This document shows, piece by piece, positions 19,410 to 26,397 of a stretch of 64,000 nucleotides of DNA; positions within the stretch are counted from its first letter, which is position 1; the number at the start of each line of letters is the position of its first letter. The notes under the pieces were generated by a model. It did not search any database and was not told the DNA's origin. It saw nothing but the letters and a program-made list of their open reading frames with translations. A program made the position numbers and the translations under genes. This DNA is from an uncultured Methanosarcinales archaeon (GTDB lineage: Archaea; Nanobdellota; Nanobdellia; Woesearchaeales; JAGLXL01): positions 15,174-79,173 of the forward strand of contig CAYLKE010000006.1 in NCBI GenBank assembly GCA_964384425.1, read 5' to 3'.

Positions 19410-20342
19410 ATGAAAATAAGTGTGATTGGAGCAGGACCCTGGGGAACAACTGTTACAAATCTAATAAAAAGAAATAATGAAAAAAATAGTGTGTATTTAT
19501 GGGCTTATCAAAAGATCCTTGACAAAAACATTATTTTAGATGAAGATATTGCTGTTTCAGAAAATATTAATTCTGTGATTTCGCATGGAGATGTTGTATT
19601 TGTTGTAGTGAATTCTAATTTTCTTGTTCAAACAATGAAAGATATTAAAGAAGATATTTCTGAAAAGAAATTTGTATTTTTAACAAAAGGATTTGTGCAT
19701 TATAATGATGAAATAATGTTGCCTAAAGATTATATCATGAAAGAATTTAATGTCAAACAAGAAAATATTGCTGTTATTTCTGGACCAAACATTGCAAACG
19801 AGATTAATGAAAAAAAGAGAACATATACTACAATTGCTTCTTATGATAAGGAATTTGCAAATAAAACAAAACAAATACTTGAAAATATTTATTTTATTCC
19901 TTTTATATCAGATGATGTTTTTGGTGTTGAGGTTGCAGGTATTGTAAAAAATCCTTATGCAATAGCATTTGGAATAGTGGATGAGATGAATATAGGAAAT
20001 AATTTTAAGTCAGCATTTATGTCACACTGTTTAAATGAGATTGAACTCATAATAAAAAAATTTAATGGAAAAGAAGAAACTGCAAAAGGAATTAGTGGGT
20101 ATGGTGATTTCTTTACAACTTGTTTTAGTGGAAGAAATAAACTTGTTGGAGAGATGATTGCAAAAGGAAAAAGCATGAAAGACATATATGAACACTTTTC
20201 TCCTCAAAAACCAGAAGGTGTTGAACAAGTGAAGATACTGGATAAGTTGATTAAAAATAAAACTAATTTACCTATATTTAGAACACTTTATTCAATCTTG
20301 TTTCATAATAAGAAGATTGAGAGTTTGTTTGATGTTATTTGA
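19410..20342 (+). CDS. gpsA: NAD(P)H-dependent sn-glycerol-3-phosphate dehydrogenase (bacterial GpsA type)
   Basis: Rossmann start MKISVIGAGPWGT, ..ISGPNIANEI.., ..GIVKNPYAIAFGI.. blocks in GpsA order. 310 aa. Confidence 0.75.
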   Translation: MKISVIGAGPWGTTVTNLIKRNNEKNSVYLWAYQKILDKNIILDEDIAVSENINSVISHGDVVFVVVNSNFLVQTMKDIKEDISEKKFVFLTKGFVHYNDEIMLPKDYIMKEFNVKQENIAVISGPNIANEINEKKRTYTTIASYDKEFANKTKQILENIYFIPFISDDVFGVEVAGIVKNPYAIAFGIVDEMNIGNNFKSAFMSHCLNEIELIIKKFNGKEETAKGISGYGDFFTTCFSGRNKLVGEMIAKGKSMKDIYEHFSPQKPEGVEQVKILDKLIKNKTNLPIFRTLYSILFHNKKIESLFDVI

Positions 20343-20367
20343 TTGTAAGATTTATATTCTTTACAGG

Positions 20368-20391
20368 AATTACCTAAATATATTTAAATAA
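20368..20391 (+). repeat. left copy of the 24-bp direct repeat AATTACCTAAATATATTTAAATAA
   Basis: Exact match to 21702..21725. Flanking similarity extends it (CAGgAATT.. vs CAGaAATT..; ..AAATAATAAA on both). Confidence 0.85.
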
Positions 20392-20443
20392 ATAATAAAA
20401 AAGCCATATTGTAATAATATTTATTAGAGCATTAAAATAAAAC

Positions 20444-20570
20444 TGCGCAAATTGAATTTTTTTATCTTAAATTTAGGATTTTAAGTATAAATAAGACTGC
20501 GCAAAGCAACACATTAATATTTGCGCAAATTGAATTTTTTTATCTTAAATTTAGGATTTTAAGTATAAAT
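20444..20570 (+). repeat. two perfect 49-bp direct repeats (20444..20492 and 20522..20570) separated by 29 bp
   Basis: TGCGCAAATTGAATTTTTTTATCTTAAATTTAGGATTTTAAGTATAAAT occurs twice without mismatch. TGCGCAAA also occurs at 20498 and 20576. Confidence 0.9.
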
Positions 20571-20590
20571 TACAATGCGCAAAACATAAA

Positions 20591-20598
20591 TTTATATA
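20591..20598 (+). promoter_or_regulatory. TATA-like box for the RelA/SpoT-domain gene (leaderless spacing)
   Basis: TTTATATA ends 21 nt before the ATG at 20620. The fourth TGCGCAAA motif lies 7 nt upstream of it (BRE-proximal position). Confidence 0.4.
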
Positions 20599-20619
20599 TT
20601 TTTAGGTTATTTATATGTT

Positions 20620-21690
20620 ATGAATTGGGCAAAAGTAAAATTTAGTAAATCAAAAGTAGATAAAGCAGGTAAAATTTTAATAGATAAAAATAGTTCTGAA
20701 AGAAATATTAATCTGGCACTCGAGGTATTAAATAATTGGAGGGCTAGTCATTCATACCCTATGCATATATTTAAAAAAAGATTAAAAAGCGTTTCTCAAA
20801 AAATTGATAAAAAATCTTTGTCTGTACAACGACTTAAAAGAGTCCCCTCTATAATTAAAAAACTTAAGAGAGTATATAAAGGTAATAAACCCACAATGAA
20901 ACTTTCTCAAATGCAAGATATAGCTGGTTGTAGAGCAGTTATTTCTAATGTTAGATTAGTTAATAAATTATATAATAATTACTATCTTAAGGGAGATATA
21001 AAACATAAAAGAATAAAAGAAAATAATTATATTATTTCCCCAAAAAAAGATGGATATAGGAGTATTCATCTTATTTATAAATACAATACTGATAGAAAAG
21101 GAAAAGAAATATATAATGGTTTGCTAGTAGAAATTCAGATAAGATCAAAATTACAACATATTTGGGCAACTGCTGTAGAAATTGTTGATTTTTTTACAAG
21201 ACAAGGAATTAAATTTAACAAAGGAAAAAAAGAATGGGTCTATTTTTTTAAATTAGTTAGTTCTGCATTTGCAAAAATAGAAAAATGCCCTCCTGTTCCA
21301 GATACACCAAATGATGATAAAATTCTTTACTTACAAATAAAAGAAGCAGAAAAAAAATTACAGGTTATAAAAAAAATGGAACAATGGACAAAATCGATAA
21401 GACTTTTTGAAACTGCAAAGAAACCAAATAGTCATTTTTTTCTTTTGGAACTAGATTATCTGCAAGAAAAATTAAGTATTTCTTCTTATCCAAAAAATGA
21501 GGAAGAAAAAGCTATTTCAGATTATAATCGTGCTGAAAAAGTATATCGGGGAATGAAAGAGTATGATGTTGTTCTTGTTGGTGCTGATGATACAGGAGAT
21601 TTAAGAAAAGCTTATCCTAATTATTTTGTTGATACTAAAGAATTTTTAGATTACTTGAAAAAGATATTAAAGAAATTAGATAAATTTTGA
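20620..21690 (+). CDS. RelA/SpoT-homologue synthetase-fold protein (small alarmone synthetase / toxSAS-like) with a ~165-aa C-terminal extension; CapRel-like fused architecture
   Basis: Ordered RSH synthetase motifs: RLKRVPSIIKKLKR, MQDIAGCRAVI, KKDGYRSIHLIY, LLVEIQIRSKLQHIWATAVE. No HD hydrolase, TGS or ACT regions. The C-terminus ends ..DVVLVGADDTGDLRKAYPNYFVDTKEFL.. Confidence 0.8.
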   Translation: MNWAKVKFSKSKVDKAGKILIDKNSSERNINLALEVLNNWRASHSYPMHIFKKRLKSVSQKIDKKSLSVQRLKRVPSIIKKLKRVYKGNKPTMKLSQMQDIAGCRAVISNVRLVNKLYNNYYLKGDIKHKRIKENNYIISPKKDGYRSIHLIYKYNTDRKGKEIYNGLLVEIQIRSKLQHIWATAVEIVDFFTRQGIKFNKGKKEWVYFFKLVSSAFAKIEKCPPVPDTPNDDKILYLQIKEAEKKLQVIKKMEQWTKSIRLFETAKKPNSHFFLLELDYLQEKLSISSYPKNEEEKAISDYNRAEKVYRGMKEYDVVLVGADDTGDLRKAYPNYFVDTKEFLDYLKKILKKLDKF

Positions 21691-21701
21691 TACTTGGCAG
21701 A

Positions 21702-21725
21702 AATTACCTAAATATATTTAAATAA
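21702..21725 (+). repeat. right copy of the 24-bp direct repeat; also provides the TATA-like element 21 nt upstream of metG
   Basis: Exact match to 20368..20391. Confidence 0.85.
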
Positions 21726-21746
21726 TAAATTTTATTTTCTAATACT

Positions 21747-23828
21747 ATGGAAAAAGACGAACTCATAACAACAAAAAAACCAATATTAGTGACATCAGCA
21801 TTAATCTATTCAAATGGAGATATGCATGTAGGTCATTTAGTGGAATATATACAGACAGATGTATTTGTAAGAGCATTAAGAATGATGAATAAAGATGTTG
21901 TTTATATGGGTGCGTCAGATATGCATGGAACTCCTATTGAGGTAAAAGCTCATGAAAAAGGCATTCCTCCATATGAATTTGCATTAAAATATCACAAAAA
22001 GAATCAAGAAGTTTATAATAAATATGACATAAGTTTTGACAATTATCATAGTACTCATTCAGATGAAAATAGGCAGTTGGCTGAAAATTTCTTTAAAATA
22101 ATGAAAGAAAAAGGTCTTATTTACAAAAAAGAAATTCAAACAGTTTATTGTCCTCATTGTGAAAGAAACTTACCTGACAGATTTGTGAAAGGAACATGTA
22201 ATAATTGTGGAACAGATGATCAATATAGTGATATTTGTGAAAGCTGTCATAAAGCACTTACTTTTAAGGATTTATTACATCCTAGATGTGTATTGTGTGG
22301 AAAAACACCAATTACAAAAATGACAGAACATTATTTCTTTAAGCTAAGTGAATTCGGAGATAAATTAAAAAAATGGATAACAGAACATCCTAAACTTCAA
22401 CCTGAGATGAAAAATAGTGTAATGGGTTGGATAGATAAAGGATTAGAAGATTGGTGTATAAGTAGAGAAGGACCTTATTTTGGATTTAAGATTCCTGGAG
22501 AAGATAATCTTTATTTTTATGTCTGGATGGATGCACCAATAGGATATATTTCATCTACTGTAAATTATTGTAATAAAAAAGGATGTAATTGGGAAGATTA
22601 TTGGAAAGGAGATAAAGCACATATTATACATGACATTGGAAAGGATATTACTTATTTTCATTTCTTATTTTGGCCAGCTATGTTAATGGCAACAGGACAT
22701 AATGTTCCTTATGAAATGTTAGTGCATGGATTTTTGACTGTGAATGGAAAGAAAATGAGTAAGAGTAGAGGGACTTTTATAACTGCTGATGAATTTGCAT
22801 CAATGTATGATCCAGAGTACATTAGGTATTATTATACAAAAATTCTAAGTAAAAAACTTGCAGACATTAATCTTGATTTTAAAGATTTTGTTGACACAAT
22901 AAACAATGAACTTATTGGGAATATTGCTAATTTTAATTACAGGATAATGAACTTTACAAAATCTAAATATGATTCAAAGATAGATGTTGAAACTGATTTT
23001 AAATCATTTAAAGAATATGTTGACAAAATAGATAGTCTTAAAGAAGAGATAATGAATAATTATGCAAATTGGAATTTTAAAGATGTTATGAAAAAAATAA
23101 ATGAAATGTCTTCTATTGGAAATAAATTATTTCAAGAAAATGAACCTTGGAAAGATGTTGAAGGAAAGAAAGAAGTTGTATTGTTGTGTTTGAATATTAT
23201 GAGAAATTTAAATATTTTAATTAAACCAGTAATGCCAAAATACTCTGCTAGGGTAGAGAAACAATTTAATGAAAAAGATTTAACAATAAAAGATTGGAAT
23301 TGGAATTTCAAAGGAGAAATTAATTTTACAAAAGAAATTCTTGATAAAATTGAAACACCCGATATATTTAATTTTCCAGCAAATATTAAAGTTGCACAGA
23401 TTGAATCTGTAGAAGATCACCCTAATGCTGATAAACTTTATGTGATAAAAGTAGATATTGGTGGAGAAAAGAGACAGATTGTTGCAGGAATGAAACCTTA
23501 TTATCCTAAGGAAGCATTAATTGGAAAGAAAATAGTTGTTGTTACAAATCTTAAACCTGCTAAATTAAGAGGAGAGAAAAGTGAAGGGATGTTACTTGCA
23601 GCAGAGGATGTGGATGGAAAAGTTTTGATAATAGAAGCTCCAAAGTCTCCTTCTGGAGAACAAGTAATGATTTCTGGATATAAGATTAATGAAGAGCAGA
23701 TTGATTTCAAGGAATTTAGCAATATTGGAATAAAAGTAGATAATAAAAAAGTAAATTGGCAGAATATAACTTTGAGAACAAATCAAGAAGATCTTGAAGT
23801 TGATATGGTTAAAGGGGATGTTAGATAA
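21747..23828 (+). CDS. metG: methionyl-tRNA synthetase with a C-terminal Trbp111/EMAPII-like tRNA-binding domain
   Basis: HVGH (HIGH) motif, KMSKSRG motif, Zn knuckles CPHCER..CNNCG..CESC..CVLCG, and C-terminal ..HPNADKLYVIKVDIGGEKRQIVAG.. Confidence 0.95.
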   Translation: MEKDELITTKKPILVTSALIYSNGDMHVGHLVEYIQTDVFVRALRMMNKDVVYMGASDMHGTPIEVKAHEKGIPPYEFALKYHKKNQEVYNKYDISFDNYHSTHSDENRQLAENFFKIMKEKGLIYKKEIQTVYCPHCERNLPDRFVKGTCNNCGTDDQYSDICESCHKALTFKDLLHPRCVLCGKTPITKMTEHYFFKLSEFGDKLKKWITEHPKLQPEMKNSVMGWIDKGLEDWCISREGPYFGFKIPGEDNLYFYVWMDAPIGYISSTVNYCNKKGCNWEDYWKGDKAHIIHDIGKDITYFHFLFWPAMLMATGHNVPYEMLVHGFLTVNGKKMSKSRGTFITADEFASMYDPEYIRYYYTKILSKKLADINLDFKDFVDTINNELIGNIANFNYRIMNFTKSKYDSKIDVETDFKSFKEYVDKIDSLKEEIMNNYANWNFKDVMKKINEMSSIGNKLFQENEPWKDVEGKKEVVLLCLNIMRNLNILIKPVMPKYSARVEKQFNEKDLTIKDWNWNFKGEINFTKEILDKIETPDIFNFPANIKVAQIESVEDHPNADKLYVIKVDIGGEKRQIVAGMKPYYPKEALIGKKIVVVTNLKPAKLRGEKSEGMLLAAEDVDGKVLIIEAPKSPSGEQVMISGYKINEEQIDFKEFSNIGIKVDNKKVNWQNITLRTNQEDLEVDMVKGDVR

Positions 23829-23909
23829 TTTATTATTTCTTTAATTTTATTCACTAAGTAGTAGTTATAAAACGAAATATTTAAATATAAACGGCTTTTT
23901 CTTTTATTT

Positions 23910-25142
23910 ATGGATCCAAAAACAATCAATGGTAGAAAGTTAGATTTGAAGTATTTTGATGATATTAAAAAGAAGATAGAATTTGATAGTATGACTTCTA
24001 AGGATCAAAAAAAAGTTGAAAGAACAATAAATTATATCCTAAATAATGATCAGACAAGAAATAGTTTTAATAAATCATTCGATAAACTTGAAGATAAAAT
24101 GCTTACTGTTAAAGGAGCAGAGGTTCTAGAAAAAAATGAAGCATATGAATGTTTTGAAAAAGCAGCAAAAAGAGCAAAATCAGAAAATAAAATTATTGTA
24201 AATAATTCTATATACGATAAAGAAACCAAAAAACCTATATCTAATATTGTTGTTGCAGATATTTTTGATGCAGGTGGAATGGGATCAGTCTATAAGGCAA
24301 AAATTGACTTTTCAAAAACTAAAACAACACTTGATGATTTTATTCAACCTATGGTGGATGATATGAAAAATAATCATTCTTGTACAGAATATGTTGCTAG
24401 GGAAAGCATAAAAAAGAATTTACATAATATGAAAGCATTATGGGGAGAAAAACTGGATCTTGCAATTAAGATAATTCACGATACTACTGAAAGAGCAAAA
24501 AGAGAAAGAGATCTTGAAGGAGAATATCATTCCAAACTCATTACACCTTTTAAGGCAGGTCTTACTGTTGGGGGGAGGACATATCTTGTAATGCCTTTAG
24601 TAAAAAATAAAATATCTTTATCAGGTATTAGATCTTTATCATATAAATCTAAAATGAAAATTGTTTTAGATGTTTTAGAAGGATTAGAATATTTAAAAAA
24701 TGAAGGTATGATACATCGTGACATTAAACCAGATAATATTCTTGTAACAAAGCATTATGAAGATAAAAAAATAAGTTTTTTAGGAAAATTATTTGGAAAA
24801 GATTCTAAAAAAGAAAAAGCAAATGCTTATCTTATTGATTTTTCTCTTATAAAAAGTGAAGGTAGTCAACTAACATCCAAAAGAGATATAATGGGTTCTC
24901 CAGATTATATATCTCCAGAACAAATAAGGTCAACAAAAGATGCTGATGAAAGAGATGATATCTATTCACTAACCGCAACTCTTTATAACTATTTAACTGG
25001 CTTAAACCCAAATCATAATTGTCCAAGAAATGATGCAACTTCACACATGGCAAACACTCTTTCACGTATAGAAAATTCAGATGTAAGACCAGCCTTATCA
25101 ATGTCGATAAATACACAGCAATGGTTCTTGCAAAAGGTATGA
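23910..25142 (+). CDS. Hanks-type Ser/Thr protein kinase, N-terminal region plus catalytic core (reading frame ends prematurely)
   Basis: Gly loop DAGGMGSVYKA, catalytic lysine LAIKII, HRDIKPDNIL, DFS (DFG variant), GSPDYISPE, DIYSLTATLY. The ORF stops before subdomain XI. Confidence 0.8.
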   Translation: MDPKTINGRKLDLKYFDDIKKKIEFDSMTSKDQKKVERTINYILNNDQTRNSFNKSFDKLEDKMLTVKGAEVLEKNEAYECFEKAAKRAKSENKIIVNNSIYDKETKKPISNIVVADIFDAGGMGSVYKAKIDFSKTKTTLDDFIQPMVDDMKNNHSCTEYVARESIKKNLHNMKALWGEKLDLAIKIIHDTTERAKRERDLEGEYHSKLITPFKAGLTVGGRTYLVMPLVKNKISLSGIRSLSYKSKMKIVLDVLEGLEYLKNEGMIHRDIKPDNILVTKHYEDKKISFLGKLFGKDSKKEKANAYLIDFSLIKSEGSQLTSKRDIMGSPDYISPEQIRSTKDADERDDIYSLTATLYNYLTGLNPNHNCPRNDATSHMANTLSRIENSDVRPALSMSINTQQWFLQKV

Positions 25143-25489
25143 GAATAAAAGAAAATGGAAATAAAAATAATTCTCGTTATCAATCACTTAAAGAATTAAG
25201 AGAAGACATATGTGATTTAATGAATCATGAAAAACCAGAACATGCATATTCTTCTGCAAAAAATTCACCTGGTTCTACTGATAGATTTATATTGGATGTT
25301 TTTAGACAATATGAAAAACCCCAATCAGGATGTATGGGTTGTTTAAAAGGATGTGCTGTAGCTTCTGTTTTAGGATTAGCAATTGGTTATGGAGCATATA
25401 AGTTACCTAATATCAAAAAAGAAGTTGATAAAGCATATAAATTAATCAAACCTTATGTTGAAGAAGTTAAAAAAATAATATCTGAATAA
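25121..25489 (+). CDS. continuation of the kinase in the -1 frame (subdomain XI-like ..NSRYQSLKELREDI..) plus a C-terminal TM anchor
   Basis: MVLAKGMRIKENGNKNNSRYQSLKELREDICDL resembles the ..vl.kal.kdP..Ry.s..el..dl end of Hanks kinases. TM segment AVASVLGLAIGYGAY. This frame is open from 25034 and overlaps the previous ORF. Confidence 0.5.
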   Translation: MVLAKGMRIKENGNKNNSRYQSLKELREDICDLMNHEKPEHAYSSAKNSPGSTDRFILDVFRQYEKPQSGCMGCLKGCAVASVLGLAIGYGAYKLPNIKKEVDKAYKLIKPYVEEVKKIISE

Positions 25490-25491
25490 AT

Positions 25492-25818
25492 TTAATACAT
25501 TTTTTTAAGTTTTTTAATACTGTTCTCGACGTATTTTATAGTTTCACAAATATCTGTAATCTTTTCATCATCTTTTAATTTTCCAGCTATTCTATAAACC
25601 TCATCTCTGTATCTTTCAAAACCTTCAGAAAGTTTTTGTGCATTTAAATAATCGCAATTTTTTGTTATTATTTCCCATGCATTCTTGTCAGAATATTCTA
25701 GTTTTTTTGCGACTTTAATTATTTTTGGAGCATCCAATACCTCACTACCATAATGAAAACCAACCTCACTTATTTCATTACACATATCATAATCATCTAT
25801 TTTTTCATTTAAACTCAT
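25492..25818 (-). CDS. hypothetical protein
   Basis: 108-aa ORF, helical-looking, co-oriented with and 5 nt downstream of 25824..26306. Confidence 0.5.
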   Translation of the reverse strand: MSLNEKIDDYDMCNEISEVGFHYGSEVLDAPKIIKVAKKLEYSDKNAWEIITKNCDYLNAQKLSEGFERYRDEVYRIAGKLKDDEKITDICETIKYVENSIKKLKKMY

Positions 25819-25823
25819 TTAGA

Positions 25824-26306
25824 TCATCTCCTTTTTTTGGATTTTTTCTTAGTACTTGTCTTTTTACTTTTCTTTTTTCCAGTAGTTTTTTTACTTTTCT
25901 TTTTACTTTTCTTTTTAGAAGATTTATTTGATTTCTTAGTACTTGTCTTTTTACTTTTCTTTTTTCCAGTAGTTTTTTTACTCTTCTTTTTACTCTTCTT
26001 TTTAGAAGATTTATCGTCTGTGTTGTCTTTTGTTTCAGGAACAACTATTTCAACATAATCTTCAGGAGTGACTTTTTCATCATCTGTCTTAATAACTGAT
26101 TTATTTAGTTCAATGTTCTTTTTTGATTGTTTAATTGCTATATTTAACAATGATTTATTTTTCTCTCTTAATTCATCAATAATCTGATTTTTTCTGTCAA
26201 TATGTTCTCTAAGAACTTTTCTCATTTTTTTGTATTTTCTTCTAGATACTTGTTTTCCATAAAATAGTTCAAATATTGTTTTTAACATTTTAATATTTTG
26301 AATCAT
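25824..26306 (-). CDS. hypothetical protein with coiled-coil N-terminus and a tandemly duplicated lysine/serine-rich tail
   Basis: The tail KSSKKKSKKKSKKTTGKKKSKKTSTKK occurs twice, encoded by an 87-bp tandem duplication. Confidence 0.55.
   Translation of the reverse strand: MIQNIKMLKTIFELFYGKQVSRRKYKKMRKVLREHIDRKNQIIDELREKNKSLLNIAIKQSKKNIELNKSVIKTDDEKVTPEDYVEIVVPETKDNTDDKSSKKKSKKKSKKTTGKKKSKKTSTKKSNKSSKKKSKKKSKKTTGKKKSKKTSTKKKSKKRR
25845..26014. repeat. 87-bp tandem duplication (2 copies, 2 mismatches) inside CDS 25824..26306
   Basis: TTTCTTAGTACTTGTCTTTTTACTTTTCTTTTTTCCAGTAG.. restarts exactly 87 nt later (25845 vs 25932). Confidence 0.85.
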
Positions 26307-26397
26307 TGGGGTTTATTAATATCTTCTCTTTAATAAAATATATTTTATAGTATATTTGATAATAAGTTTTATATAGTCTTTTAATTTATAATGTTTT

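Larger units (their letters stand above)
20368..21725. mobile_element. putative inserted single-gene cassette (direct-repeat-bounded) carrying the RelA/SpoT-domain gene
   Basis: Identical 24-mers at both ends (20368..20391 and 21702..21725). The interior holds its own repeat-rich control region plus one ORF. The flanks are housekeeping genes gpsA and metG. Confidence 0.45.

Noticed and set aside
19680-20228. Several 64-76-aa ORFs on both strands within gpsA.
   Set aside because: They are fully contained in the well-supported gpsA reading frame, and none has a recognisable motif or start context.
20444-20570. Possible two-repeat mini-CRISPR array (49-bp repeats, 29-bp spacer).
   Set aside because: There are only two copies. 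The repeat is very AT-rich and contains TATA-like boxes. The 'spacer' and the downstream flank each carry the same TGCGCAAA motif, and no cas genes are nearby. It fits a reiterated promoter-operator region better.
25100-25125. Programmed -1 ribosomal frameshift joining the two kinase ORFs.
   Set aside because: No slippery X_XXY_YYZ heptamer and no obvious downstream stimulatory structure. A simple indel (real or sequencing-derived) is more parsimonious.
25805-26058. Alternative-frame ORFs over the K-rich repeat (25805..26044 minus, 25837..26058 plus, 25725..25931 plus).
   Set aside because: They are frame or strand shadows of the 87-bp duplicated lysine-coding repeat. The 25824..26306 frame is the only one with a non-repetitive N-terminal domain and sensible start.
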